This document shows positions 9,587 to 19,585 of a stretch of DNA of 64,000 bases, in pieces. The position numbers and the translations under genes are program-made. The notes under the pieces are model-generated. The model saw only the letters and a list, made by a program, of their open reading frames with translations. It had not been told where the DNA came from and searched no databases. The stretch spans positions 1,371,233-1,435,232 of the forward strand of contig CP121331.1 in NCBI GenBank assembly GCA_043511425.1. The letters run 5' to 3'. Within the stretch, counting starts at the first letter, position 1. Each line of letters begins with the position of its first letter. This DNA is from Sphingobacteriales bacterium (GTDB taxonomy: Bacteria; Bacteroidota; Bacteroidia; NS11-12g; UBA9320).

Positions 9587-9916
9587 ATGGAAGAAAATAG
9601 AGAAAAACCAACACCAGAAGCAAAAGCACTGTCCCTTTTTTTAATGGCTTATAAGTCTACTAACCAGACCTACAAGGACAAAGCGAGACATATAAAAAAT
9701 CGGTTGGACTTAGTATTGGCAGGAAAACTAGATAAAGACACCTACCAAAATGAAGTAAAAAGCACACTGGCTTCTTACGGTGGCTATACAGAAGTCATAG
9801 AAAAAACTGTACAATTCTATATCGATAAATTTGGTGAGTACAAATCACAAGGTGACGACAAGTACAGCACAGATGCTCAAGCTATTGCTGAGAAGCTGAT
9901 GAGTAAAAACGAGTAA
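9587..9916 (+). CDS. Hypothetical protein (109 aa)
   Basis: ORF only; no recognisable motif. Confidence 0.35.
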   Translation: MEENREKPTPEAKALSLFLMAYKSTNQTYKDKARHIKNRLDLVLAGKLDKDTYQNEVKSTLASYGGYTEVIEKTVQFYIDKFGEYKSQGDDKYSTDAQAIAEKLMSKNE

Positions 9917-9972
9917 AACGCTCTCCCTAACAGACCTGACTAATTTAAAAAGAAGGAAACCGCACAAAAAGA

Positions 9973-11277
9973 CTAAACATCCCTCATAGACATGGCTTCT
10001 AGCACTCCTAATGCTGCTCTTTCCCCAGAAATCATAGCTGCATTTAAAGAACCATTTAACTGTGTGTCCCCCGCTAGAAATATGGTAGACGTCAACCGTG
10101 TCTCCGAAGGCAGCATCTCATACCTTAAATTTCCTAATTTCGGCAATGCCATAGGTATGGCGTACTGCTTTACAAACTCACATGACCCAATACCACAGTA
10201 GGTTAACAAATCCCGCTTTACCGTTTCGATGAGCATCTCATCAGATAGGTTTTGACGGTCTATTACCGTAACCGAAAGCAATTCTCTGCGCGGTTGTGAA
10301 GTGGTTTCAATACAAGTAGGGTAGAAAATGTTATTGATGAGTGCTGTTTCTGCACCAATCAATCCGATAAGTTTACCCTTGATTACGCGCTCATCTGTTT
10401 CAAAATATAAGGTATGACAAGACTTCCATTCGGTGGCTTGACTTCTTAAGTTAGGAGCCAAACTACTCGCTTCTGTAGCCACTATGGTAAAATCGCTTGC
10501 CAAGTGCGTACCGTCTGCTAAAGTAATTTCCCCTTCTTTAATAGACGCTACTTTCGTATCGTACTTGAATATCGTTTTGTTAAGATTCTGAAGCAGTTGT
10601 CTAGGTATAGCTTCTATTCCAGCTTTTGGTATGGCTGCATCTCCCTCCCCAAACATTTTATAAATAAACTCAAACATTCTGCTGGATGTTTCCAGCTCTG
10701 TCTCTAGAAAAATGCCGCTAAAAAAAGGCTTAAAAAAGTCAGCAATCATACCTCTGGAAAAACCGTACTCCGTCAAGTAAGAAAGAGTCGATTGCTCTGT
10801 ATCAGAAAATATAGCCGCTAGGCTTTTTTTCTTTAAGTAATTATTCAACTTCAGTATTCTCAACTTATCTGAAATACTTCCTATTCCAGAAAATATCGTG
10901 GGAAAAAGCAAAGGTACATCACGCAGTGGGTCACCAATTACTTTTTGCTGTTGATCCTTAAAAATAGAAGCTCCAGGAAGGAATTTCTGTAACTCCAAGG
11001 ATTCAAAATCAAGATACTTTTGAGCAGCCGGGTACGCAGTTAGTAATACTTGAAAGCCATGGTCCAACTGAAACGTATTTAAGTTATCTGTTTTTACTCT
11101 CCCTCCGACGCGGTCCGTAGCTTCAATGACAGTAGGACTAAAACCATTATCTTCCAATATTCTGGCGGCGATAAGCCCGCTGATACCGGCTCCGATAATA
11201 TGCATTTTAACGTCCTTTTTATTCATCTGAAAGTACCGCTTAATCTGTGAGCTCAAGTAGCAAAAATCAAAGTGCAA
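9973..11277 (-). CDS. FAD-dependent oxidoreductase (amine oxidase / desaturase-like)
   Basis: HIIGAGISGLIAA...ATDRVGGR dinucleotide-binding motif; true start probably MNKKDVKMHIIGAG about 50 nt inside. Confidence 0.75.
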   Translation of the reverse strand: MHFDFCYLSSQIKRYFQMNKKDVKMHIIGAGISGLIAARILEDNGFSPTVIEATDRVGGRVKTDNLNTFQLDHGFQVLLTAYPAAQKYLDFESLELQKFLPGASIFKDQQQKVIGDPLRDVPLLFPTIFSGIGSISDKLRILKLNNYLKKKSLAAIFSDTEQSTLSYLTEYGFSRGMIADFFKPFFSGIFLETELETSSRMFEFIYKMFGEGDAAIPKAGIEAIPRQLLQNLNKTIFKYDTKVASIKEGEITLADGTHLASDFTIVATEASSLAPNLRSQATEWKSCHTLYFETDERVIKGKLIGLIGAETALINNIFYPTCIETTSQPRRELLSVTVIDRQNLSDEMLIETVKRDLLTYCGIGSCEFVKQYAIPMALPKLGNLRYEMLPSETRLTSTIFLAGDTQLNGSLNAAMISGERAALGVLEAMSMRDV

Positions 11278-11311
11278 TAATAATTCATAGAATAATTATT
11301 AAACCACTATT

Positions 11312-11963
11312 TCAAAACTTTAGCGCCCACTTCCGCCTTACGGCAAAATAGCGGATTAGAAATACTACGACCATAGAAACCACCATACTGAGTTCTAAGG
11401 GCAATCGTAAGCCATCTAAAACAAGGAAGACCAATGCTCCAGCAACACAAGCACTCGCATAAATTTCCGTTCTGAAGATAAGCGGTACTATATTACTCAG
11501 CACGTCACGTATGACCCCGCCAAATACAGCAGAAACTACGCCCATGATTACGGCAATCAGTGGACTAAGACCAAGTTCCAATGTCTTCTGCAAACCCAAT
11601 ATGGTAAATAGACCTAGACCGATGGTATCAAAAAATAAACATTCCTTTTCGTAGCTTTAGAATAGATTTTTTGAACAAATAAGAGCATAGTACTGCCGCT
11701 ACTATTACATATAAACTTATAGCGTCCTGCATCCACCCCACTGGAGTCTCACCGATAAGTACATCTCGCAGCGTACCTCCACCCAAGGCAGCAATAAATC
11801 CAATGATAACTGCTCCCACCACATCAAAATCACTATCTATAGCCGTAAGTGTTCCACTGATGGCAAAGACAAAAACTCCCGCTAAATTCAAGATATATAT
11901 CCAATCCATTGGCGTCAAAGGTGCTACTATTTTTACAAATTTTGGCAATGCCGTGCACCCCAA
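11312..11963 (-). pseudogene. TRIC/UPF0126 (YadS-like) cation channel, two UPF0126 halves split by a frameshift at a poly-A tract (about 11610-11620)
   Basis: ORFs 11628-11963 and 11312-11599 each carry the GGxxRD(V)L UPF0126 motif; second half reads FFDTIGLGLFTILG in another frame directly upstream of its annotated start. Confidence 0.6.
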
Positions 11964-12067
11964 TAACCGCTATGTATAATTTCTGATTATACTAATCATA
12001 AAAAGTATAAATGAAAATATATTACTCTTACTCTTCACATTTGCATCAACGAAATAACTCAAAGAGA

Positions 12068-13504
12068 ATGACCAAGATTACAGTAGCAAAAGGAGACGGT
12101 ATTGGACCGGAAATTATGGACGCAACGCTAAGCATTTTGCAAGCTGCTGGAGCGCAATTGGAAATAGACGAGATAGAAATAGGTGAAAAAGTGTACCTAT
12201 CTGGTAATACTACCGGAATCTCTCCCGACGCCTGGTATAAAATTAGAACCAATAAAATATTTCTAAAAGCACCTATCACCACACCACAAGGAGGAGGATA
12301 CAAGAGTTTAAATGTAAGTACGCGTAAGTTTTTAGGACTCTACGCTAACGTACGTCCTTGCAAAAGTTACCATCCTTTTGTAAAAACCAAACACCCCGTA
12401 GTAGACATGGTCATCGTACGGGAAAACGAAGAAGACCTATACGCTGGCATCGAACATCAGCAAACAGACGAGGTAGTGCAGTGCCTAAAGCTCATCAGCA
12501 GACCCGGTTGTGAAAAAATAATCCGATACGCATTTGAGTACGCTAAGCAGTACAATCGCAAGAAAGTAACTTGTTTTACAAAAGACAATATTATGAAACA
12601 AACCGATGGCTTGTTTCACCAAGTATTTGACGAGATAGCAGCGGAGTACCCTGAGATAGAAAACGAACATTGGATTGTAGACATAGGTGCAGCTAAGGTA
12701 GCAGACACTCCTGAACATTTTGAAGTAGTCGTAATGCCTAATCTATACGGTGATGTCATTTCAGACATAGCCGCACAAATTACTGGCTCTGTAGGTTTAG
12801 CAGGCTCGAGTAACATCGGTGAGGAATGTGCGATGTTCGAGGCCATACACGGCAGTGCTCCAGACATAGCAGGAAAGAATATCGCCAATCCTTCTGCGCT
12901 GATGCACGGGTCACTCATGATGCTAAATCATATCGGTCAATCCCTAGTAGCAGAAAAAATACACAACGCTTGGCTCACTACCATCGAGCAAGGAATACAC
13001 ACTGCAGATATATATGACGAGAAAACCAGTAAACAAAAAGTAGGCACCCAAGAGTTTGCTGCTGCCGTGATAGCTAACTTAGGTAACAAACCTTCTTCCT
13101 TTGAACCTATCCAATACGGAAACAGAGCGGCACTGAAACTGCCAACATACCAGAAGAAAGCTCCTTCTCTAAAAGAACTACAAGGTGTAGATCTCTTCGC
13201 CCATTGGAATGGCACTAATCCGAATGAAATAGCAGAGAAACTTAAAGGGATTGAGACCAAAAATACCGAACTCGTTATGATTACTAACAGAGGGATTAAA
13301 GTATGGCCAAATGGATTCAAAGAAACGTTCTGCACGGACCACTGGAGATGTAGATTTCAACCTGCAACTGGAGATACTTTTAGCAAAGAAGAAATCATCC
13401 AGCTCTTGCAGAATGCAGAAAACCAAGGGTTAGATATTGTCAAGACAGAAAACCTGTATGCGTTTGATGGCAAAAGAGCATACTCTCTCGGACAAGGACA
13501 ATAA
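12068..13504 (+). CDS. icd: Isocitrate dehydrogenase (IDH/IMDH family, about 480-aa type)
   Basis: MTKITVAKGDGIGPEIM N-terminus and NLYGDVISD family blocks; start refined to ATG 12068. Confidence 0.8.
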   Translation: MTKITVAKGDGIGPEIMDATLSILQAAGAQLEIDEIEIGEKVYLSGNTTGISPDAWYKIRTNKIFLKAPITTPQGGGYKSLNVSTRKFLGLYANVRPCKSYHPFVKTKHPVVDMVIVRENEEDLYAGIEHQQTDEVVQCLKLISRPGCEKIIRYAFEYAKQYNRKKVTCFTKDNIMKQTDGLFHQVFDEIAAEYPEIENEHWIVDIGAAKVADTPEHFEVVVMPNLYGDVISDIAAQITGSVGLAGSSNIGEECAMFEAIHGSAPDIAGKNIANPSALMHGSLMMLNHIGQSLVAEKIHNAWLTTIEQGIHTADIYDEKTSKQKVGTQEFAAAVIANLGNKPSSFEPIQYGNRAALKLPTYQKKAPSLKELQGVDLFAHWNGTNPNEIAEKLKGIETKNTELVMITNRGIKVWPNGFKETFCTDHWRCRFQPATGDTFSKEEIIQLLQNAENQGLDIVKTENLYAFDGKRAYSLGQGQ

Positions 13505-13523
13505 ACTAACAAACTAGTACAGT

Positions 13524-13724
13524 ATGAAAAAAATAAAATCACTAACAGATAGAATCACAAGGCCAGTTTGCTTAACCATAATAGGAATGACTATTATTAT
13601 GGCATTATACACTACTCAGCCTATTGATGAATCTTTATTCATTACTACAGCTCTCGCTAGTGCCATTTACTTGCTGCACTTCGAAGCAAAATCTATAGAT
13701 ACTGAAGAACTGTTCGGTGAATAA
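13524..13724 (+). CDS. Small hydrophobic hypothetical protein (66 aa)
   Basis: ORF only. Confidence 0.2.
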   Translation: MKKIKSLTDRITRPVCLTIIGMTIIMALYTTQPIDESLFITTALASAIYLLHFEAKSIDTEELFGE

Positions 13725-13736
13725 CCACTTTTACGC

Positions 13737-14441
13737 TTGATTAATTACACGTTAGAAGGGAAGGGCTGCAGAAGTGCAGCTCTTCTTTTTTTTTTAATAC
13801 AGACTGAAACATTTAGCAAAAATCACTATCATTACGCCTATAATATGAGAGACTTAAAATTTCCAATTCAACTTACCTTTAATATAGGTACCTTAGCCAA
13901 TGATTTTAAAGCTACAGATTCTGAAGGACACACTGCAGCTTTTGTAAAGCAAAAACTCTTTAAGCTCAAAGAAGACATTAGTATATTCAGTGATGAGACC
14001 AAAACAGAATTACTGTATAAAATAAAGGCGGACAGATGGATAGATTTTTCGGCGGCCTACAGCATAACTCATGCAGATGGAACAGAACTGGGCAAGATAG
14101 CTCGAAAAGGATGGAGATCACTGTGGAAAGCAAAATACTTACTCATTGACCAACACCAGAAAGAGCAGTTTATCATAGAAGAAGAAAATGGCTGGGTGAA
14201 GGTATGGGATAATCTATTGGGAGAAATCCCTGTCCTAGGTTTATTGACGGGCTACTTCTTCCACCCCTCCTACGCAGTAATGAATTTCAACGGAGAGAAA
14301 GTTGCACGACTAAAGAAGCAATCTTCATTTTTTGGTAGAAAATTTGAAATCACAAAACTGACAGATATTGATAATGACGATGACGAACGTGTAATGATTG
14401 GCCTTATGATGATGGTACTGCTTGAACGACGCAGAGGCTAA
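13737..14441 (+). CDS. LURP-one-related (DUF567, tubby-like) family protein; likely start at M 13845
   Basis: Length and sequence pattern of DUF567; weak. Confidence 0.45.
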   Translation: MINYTLEGKGCRSAALLFFLIQTETFSKNHYHYAYNMRDLKFPIQLTFNIGTLANDFKATDSEGHTAAFVKQKLFKLKEDISIFSDETKTELLYKIKADRWIDFSAAYSITHADGTELGKIARKGWRSLWKAKYLLIDQHQKEQFIIEEENGWVKVWDNLLGEIPVLGLLTGYFFHPSYAVMNFNGEKVARLKKQSSFFGRKFEITKLTDIDNDDDERVMIGLMMMVLLERRRG

Positions 14442-15340
14442 AAATATATCTCCTGAGCTACTCTAAAGGTGTTGGCATGCGCCTCTATAATGTCCCGTAT
14501 CTGCTCCGAGTAGCCTCCTCCCATACTCACTGCAATGGGTATATTATTTTTTTTTGCTTCATTGAACACAAATTGGTCTCGCCGCTTGCAACCTTCACGG
14601 GTTACACCCAGCCTTCCCAATTTATCTGTACTTAGAATATCTACTCCCGCAAGATAAAGTATGAGGTCTGGTTGCACTTCGTCTAATAGTCTAGGTAAAT
14701 GAGACCTTAATAGTGCTAAGTAAGCTGCATCGAGTATCCCGTCATCTACACCTATATCTAAGTCACTTCTTTCTTTGCGCAGCGGATAGTTTTTTGCGCC
14801 ATGCATACTAAAGGTAAATACACGTGGATCATTCTCAAAAATCTTTGCAGTACCATTCCCTTGGTGCACGTCTAAGTCTACTATCAGAATCTGTTTCACC
14901 CTTTTCTCTTTAAGAAGAACATTGGCTGTAATTGCAAAATCATTGAAAATACAAAACCCTTCCCCCCTATCTGCGTAAGCATGATGTGTACCTCCGGCTA
15001 TATTCATAGCGACTCCATACTCCATAGCATAGTGAGCGCACTGCAGGGTACCATTCGATATGTGCTTCCCGCGAGTAATCAGTTCAGGTCTTATTGGAAA
15101 ACCAATTGCACGCTGCTCTTTTCGGTCTAGAATCGTATGGTTTAACTTATGTAAATACTCCGGAGTATGAGTTAGTAATCTCTGCTCATAGGATAGCTGA
15201 TTCGGGTTAAAAAAATTATCTTGAGTGATGCTTCCTTCATATAACAATTGCTCTGGGAGCAGGTCGTATTTATCCATCGGAAACCGATGACCAATCGGTA
15301 ACTCATATTTATATATAGGTGAAAACGCTATCTTAAGCAC
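14438..15340 (-). CDS. Histone deacetylase family protein (AcuC/AphA-like)
   Basis: DLDVHQGNGT and HHA(Y)DRGEGFCIFND HDAC signatures. Confidence 0.8.
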   Translation of the reverse strand: MLKIAFSPIYKYELPIGHRFPMDKYDLLPEQLLYEGSITQDNFFNPNQLSYEQRLLTHTPEYLHKLNHTILDRKEQRAIGFPIRPELITRGKHISNGTLQCAHYAMEYGVAMNIAGGTHHAYADRGEGFCIFNDFAITANVLLKEKRVKQILIVDLDVHQGNGTAKIFENDPRVFTFSMHGAKNYPLRKERSDLDIGVDDGILDAAYLALLRSHLPRLLDEVQPDLILYLAGVDILSTDKLGRLGVTREGCKRRDQFVFNEAKKNNIPIAVSMGGGYSEQIRDIIEAHANTFRVAQEIYF

Positions 15341-15418
15341 AACTCACAAACAGCAACCCCAAAATTAAGTTCGGTAAGGGTACATTTTATTAGCAATGAT
15401 GCGTTATTTTCAAATAAA

Positions 15419-17575
15419 ATGGTACTTTTGCGGTCATTTTTTCGCAAAGGAGGACATGAAATATTGAATAACACAACAAACGAAAATCAAGATCCAATCT
15501 TGAATGATGCAACTGAGGCCAAGGATGCCACGGTGAATGCAACAAACGACGCTCAAGCAGAAGCTACTGAATCTGCTGAACCAACAAAAACTGTTTCTGA
15601 AACACCAGTACACAATCCAGACGCTTTTGACTGGACACAAGACAAAGCTGGTTTTGGTGCATATGACGATTCTCAGAATGATGAGATGAAGGCCATTTAC
15701 ACGGGTACTATCAAACAAGTAGATGAAAAGACACTTGTAATGGGTAAGGTCGTGAGCATCAGTGAAGACAACGTAGTTCTAGACATCGGATTCAAATCTG
15801 ACGGCCTGGTATCTCTTTCAGAGTTTAGAGATACTCCAGACATGAAGGTAGGTGATGAAATAGAAGTATACGTAGACGAAACAGAAAATGCTCTAGGACA
15901 GTTAGTACTATCTCGTAAAAAAGCTATCGCAGAAGGTGCTTGGGAAAGAATACAAGCTATCATGGAGAAAGGTGAAATCGTCAAAGGTTACATTCAGTCT
16001 AGAACTAAAGGTGGCCTCGTAGTAGACATCATGGGTATGGACGCTTTCCTTCCAGGATCTCAAATAGACGTTAAACCAGTTAGAGATTACGACCAGTACG
16101 TAGGTAAAACTATGGAATTCAAGGTAGTAAAAATTAACGAGGTGTACAAAAACGTAGTAATATCTCACAAAGCACTTATCGAGGATGACATCGAAGCTCA
16201 AAAAGCTGAAATGATTTCTAAGATGGAAGTAGGACAAGTACTTGAAGGTACTGTTAAGAATATGACCTCATTTGGTGTATTCGTAGACCTAGGTGGTCTA
16301 GACGGTCTTCTTCACATCACAGACATCTCTTGGGGTAGAATCAATCACCCAGAGGATGTACTAACACTTGATCAGAAAATCCAAGTTGCTGTTCTTGAGT
16401 TTGATAACGAAAAGAAACGCATCTCTCTAGGTATGAAGCAGCTTACTGCTCATCCTTGGGATAGCATGAAAGAGCTTAAAGAAGGTGAGAAAGTTAGCGG
16501 TAAAGTAGTTACTGTAGCAGATTATGGTGCATTCGTAGAAATAGAGCCAGGCGTAGAAGGTCTGATTCACGTTTCTGAGATGTCTTGGTCTCAACACTTA
16601 CGTAACCCATCTGATTTTATCAAGGTAGGTGACGAAGTAGAAGCAGTAATACTTGATATAGACAAAGAAGAGCACAAGCTTTCTTTAGGTCTTAAGCAAC
16701 TTACTTCTGATCCTTGGGATAAAATCGAAGAAAAATATCCAATGGACAGCAAGCACACTGGAATCGTTAGAAACCTTACTAACTACGGACTATTCGTAGA
16801 GCTAGAAGAAGGGGTAGACGGTCTAGTACACGTTTCTGATTTATCTTGGTCTAAGAAAATAAAACATCCAGCAGAATTCACTAAGAAAGGTGAAGAGCTT
16901 GAGATTGTAGTATTAGAAATAGATAGAGACAACAGAAGACTAAGCTTAGGTCACAAGCAGATAGACGAAAATCCTTGGGATACTTTCGCTAGTGTATTTA
17001 CAATAGGGTCTGAGCACGAGGGTGTAGTTTCTGAAATCAATGACAGAGGTATTATACTAACTCTTCCTTACGGTGTAGAAGGATTCGCTCCTAAGAAGCA
17101 TGTAAAGAAAGAAGATGGTACTGAGTTAAAAATGGATGAGACTATCGCAGTGAGAGTAATAGAGTTTAATAAGGACGCTAAGCGTATCTTAGTATCTCAC
17201 ACAGATATCTGGAAAGAAGCTGAAAGAGCTCAAAACTCTGAGCAACAAGCTGACACTAGACGTAAAAGTGCTAACACTAATAAGTACGTAGAAAAAATGA
17301 ACAAAGGAACAGAGAGATCTACCCTTGGTGAATTAGACGTACTTGCTAATCTTAAAGCTCAAATGGAAGCTTCTCCAGCTAAGAAAAAAGAAGCTACCAA
17401 AAAGGAACCAGCTAAAAAAGAAGCTGCTCCTAAAAAAGAAGCTAAAGAAGAAGCACCAGCTAGCGACCTAGCGGGTATGACTGTAGCTCAACTAAAAGCA
17501 GAAGCTAAAGAAAAAGGTATCACTGGATACACGACTCTTAAAAAAGCAGAGCTTATAGAAGCATTGAGTAAATAA
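15419..17575 (+). CDS. rpsA: 30S ribosomal protein S1 with Lys/Ala-rich C-terminal tail ending in a Rho_N/SAP-like motif
   Basis: Multiple S1 domains (GKVVSISEDNVVLDIGFKSDG etc.); start uncertain (first ATG at 15419 not credible, TTG 15464 in frame). Confidence 0.9.
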   Translation: MVLLRSFFRKGGHEILNNTTNENQDPILNDATEAKDATVNATNDAQAEATESAEPTKTVSETPVHNPDAFDWTQDKAGFGAYDDSQNDEMKAIYTGTIKQVDEKTLVMGKVVSISEDNVVLDIGFKSDGLVSLSEFRDTPDMKVGDEIEVYVDETENALGQLVLSRKKAIAEGAWERIQAIMEKGEIVKGYIQSRTKGGLVVDIMGMDAFLPGSQIDVKPVRDYDQYVGKTMEFKVVKINEVYKNVVISHKALIEDDIEAQKAEMISKMEVGQVLEGTVKNMTSFGVFVDLGGLDGLLHITDISWGRINHPEDVLTLDQKIQVAVLEFDNEKKRISLGMKQLTAHPWDSMKELKEGEKVSGKVVTVADYGAFVEIEPGVEGLIHVSEMSWSQHLRNPSDFIKVGDEVEAVILDIDKEEHKLSLGLKQLTSDPWDKIEEKYPMDSKHTGIVRNLTNYGLFVELEEGVDGLVHVSDLSWSKKIKHPAEFTKKGEELEIVVLEIDRDNRRLSLGHKQIDENPWDTFASVFTIGSEHEGVVSEINDRGIILTLPYGVEGFAPKKHVKKEDGTELKMDETIAVRVIEFNKDAKRILVSHTDIWKEAERAQNSEQQADTRRKSANTNKYVEKMNKGTERSTLGELDVLANLKAQMEASPAKKKEATKKEPAKKEAAPKKEAKEEAPASDLAGMTVAQLKAEAKEKGITGYTTLKKAELIEALSK
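15423..15430 (+). promoter_or_regulatory. Bacteroidetes -7 promoter motif TACTTTTG upstream of rpsA
   Basis: Matches TAnnTTTG consensus; about 35 nt upstream of candidate TTG start 15464. Confidence 0.4.
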
Positions 17576-17597
17576 GTTTTTATAACACATAACATAA

Positions 17598-17632
17598 AAA
17601 TCCTCTCGCCACAGCGAGGGGATTTTTTTTGG
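17598..17632 (+). terminator. Rho-independent terminator after rpsA
   Basis: AUCCUCUCGC-CACA-GCGAGGGGAU hairpin followed by U8. Confidence 0.8.
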
Positions 17633-17683
17633 CACATTGTTTCTTAGTTAGGATAGCTACAAAATGAAAAAAAATCTGTTGTT

Positions 17684-18106
17684 TTGAAGGCAATGAACTA
17701 CTGGTTAATAAAATCTGAACCCTTCAAATACAGCTGGGACCAAATGGTAGCTGATGGCAGCACATATTGGGACGGTGTACGCAGCTACCCTGCTCGTGTA
17801 CAACTAAGAGCTATGAGAGAAGGCGACATTTGTTTTTTTTACCACAGCAATGTTGGAAAAGAAATAGTGGGTCTCACCAGAGTTATTAAAGAGGCATATC
17901 AAGATCCCACTACCGAAGATGAAAAGTGGGTTGCCGTAGATGTAGCTACCATTAAACCATTAACCAAACCAGTAACACTTGCTCAGATAAAAGCGAATGA
18001 AACACTAGCAAATATGGCTTTAGTAAAACTAAGTAGACTATCTGTAGGACCAGTGCAGGAGTTTGAATTCGAAGAAATAATGAAGATGGCTGAAACTACA
18101 CTGTAG
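17684..18106 (+). CDS. EVE (PUA-like) domain protein
   Basis: WLIKSEP...YWDGVRSYPAR EVE signature. Confidence 0.75.
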   Translation: MKAMNYWLIKSEPFKYSWDQMVADGSTYWDGVRSYPARVQLRAMREGDICFFYHSNVGKEIVGLTRVIKEAYQDPTTEDEKWVAVDVATIKPLTKPVTLAQIKANETLANMALVKLSRLSVGPVQEFEFEEIMKMAETTL

Positions 18107-18107
18107 T

Positions 18108-18644
18108 ATGAAAAGAATCATATTAGAATACCAACAAGTAGATCTGATACTTACTAGAATAGCTCACCAGCTAATCGAAAATCATGGTGATTTTAAGAAT
18201 ACTGCCCTCTTAGCTCTTCAACCCAGAGGAATACTCTTTGGCAAATCCCTCTGCGCTAAATTAAAAACATTGTTTAATATAGATGTCACGTACGGAGAGT
18301 TAGATACCACTTTCCATAGGGATGACTTTAGACGCACAGACAAACCACTTGTGCCCAATGCCGTAAACATAGACTTTCAGATAGAAAATAAACGAATTAT
18401 TCTAATAGATGACGTTCTGTACACCAGCAGAAGCATACGTGCAGCACTAGATACCATAAATGACTATGGTAGACCCTCTTCTATAGAACTTGTAACCCTC
18501 ATAAATAGAAAGTATAACAGAGAAGTTCCCATCCAGCCAGACTACGTCGGCGAACATATAGATTCGCGCATAGATGATTACGTAAAAGTAGAGTGGGACG
18601 AGAATAACTGTAAAGTATGGATAATCACAGATAAGCTAGATTAA
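18108..18644 (+). CDS. pyrR: Bifunctional pyr operon regulator / uracil phosphoribosyltransferase
   Basis: PRT-type fold; ILIDDVLYTSRSIRAALD PRPP-binding block; immediately precedes pyrB. Confidence 0.85.
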   Translation: MKRIILEYQQVDLILTRIAHQLIENHGDFKNTALLALQPRGILFGKSLCAKLKTLFNIDVTYGELDTTFHRDDFRRTDKPLVPNAVNIDFQIENKRIILIDDVLYTSRSIRAALDTINDYGRPSSIELVTLINRKYNREVPIQPDYVGEHIDSRIDDYVKVEWDENNCKVWIITDKLD

Positions 18645-18646
18645 GT

Positions 18647-19585
18647 ATGTCACTTCTATCAACCAAGCACCTACTCGGTATCATGGATATCACTACAGCT
18701 GATATTGAGCTCATACTAGCTACCGCTAAGAACTTTAAAGAGGTGATAAATCGCCCCATCAAAAAAGTGCCTAGCCTTAGAGATGTTACCATAGCCAATG
18801 TGTTTTTCGAAAACAGCACACGCACGAAGATTTCCTTTGAACTAGCCGAAAAGCGACTCTCAGCCGACACGGTAAACTTCTCCAGCGGAAGCTCTTCGGT
18901 AAAAAAAGGAGAAACACTCATAGACACGGTCAATAATATTCTAGCTATGAAAGTGGATATGGTAGTTATGAGACACCCTGCTCCCGGAGCACATCAGTTT
19001 CTCTCTAGACACATAGATGCCAATATTATAAATGCCGGAGACGGCACACACGAACACCCAACTCAGGCCCTTTTAGACACCTATTCTCTTCAAGAAAAAC
19101 TAGGAGATTTAAAAAACAAAAAGATAGTCATAGTAGGTGATATTCTCCACTCTAGGGTGGCATTAAGCAACATCTATTGCCTACAGAAATTAGGCGCCAA
19201 AGTGCGCGTATGTGGACCTCCGACCTTACTGCCAAAATACATAAACACCCTAGGTGTAGAAGTCAGTCACAACCTAAGAGAAAGCTTAGAATGGTGCGAT
19301 GCCGCTAATATGCTGCGCATACAGCTGGAGCGTCAAGAAGACAAATACTTCCCTAGCTTAAGAGAGTATTCGCTGCAGTACGGAGTAACACTCCCTTTGT
19401 TAAAGAGCCTGAAAAAAGAAATTGTGCTAATGCACCCGGGGCCTATCAATAGAGGTGTAGAAATCACGAGTGAAGTAGCTGACTCCGACCAAAGTATCAT
19501 CTTAAATCAAGTAGAAAATGGAGTAGCTGTTAGAATGAGTGTATTGTACTTACTAGCTGCTCGCGGTAATTCTGATGAAAAGTAG
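18647..19585 (+). CDS. pyrB: Aspartate carbamoyltransferase catalytic subunit
   Basis: STRTR and HPxQ ATCase motifs (ENSTRTKISFE, HEHPTQALLD). Confidence 0.9.
   Translation: MSLLSTKHLLGIMDITTADIELILATAKNFKEVINRPIKKVPSLRDVTIANVFFENSTRTKISFELAEKRLSADTVNFSSGSSSVKKGETLIDTVNNILAMKVDMVVMRHPAPGAHQFLSRHIDANIINAGDGTHEHPTQALLDTYSLQEKLGDLKNKKIVIVGDILHSRVALSNIYCLQKLGAKVRVCGPPTLLPKYINTLGVEVSHNLRESLEWCDAANMLRIQLERQEDKYFPSLREYSLQYGVTLPLLKSLKKEIVLMHPGPINRGVEITSEVADSDQSIILNQVENGVAVRMSVLYLLAARGNSDEK

Noticed and set aside
15434-16237. Minus-strand ORFs inside rpsA
   Set aside because: Antisense to a highly conserved ribosomal protein gene. Spurious.
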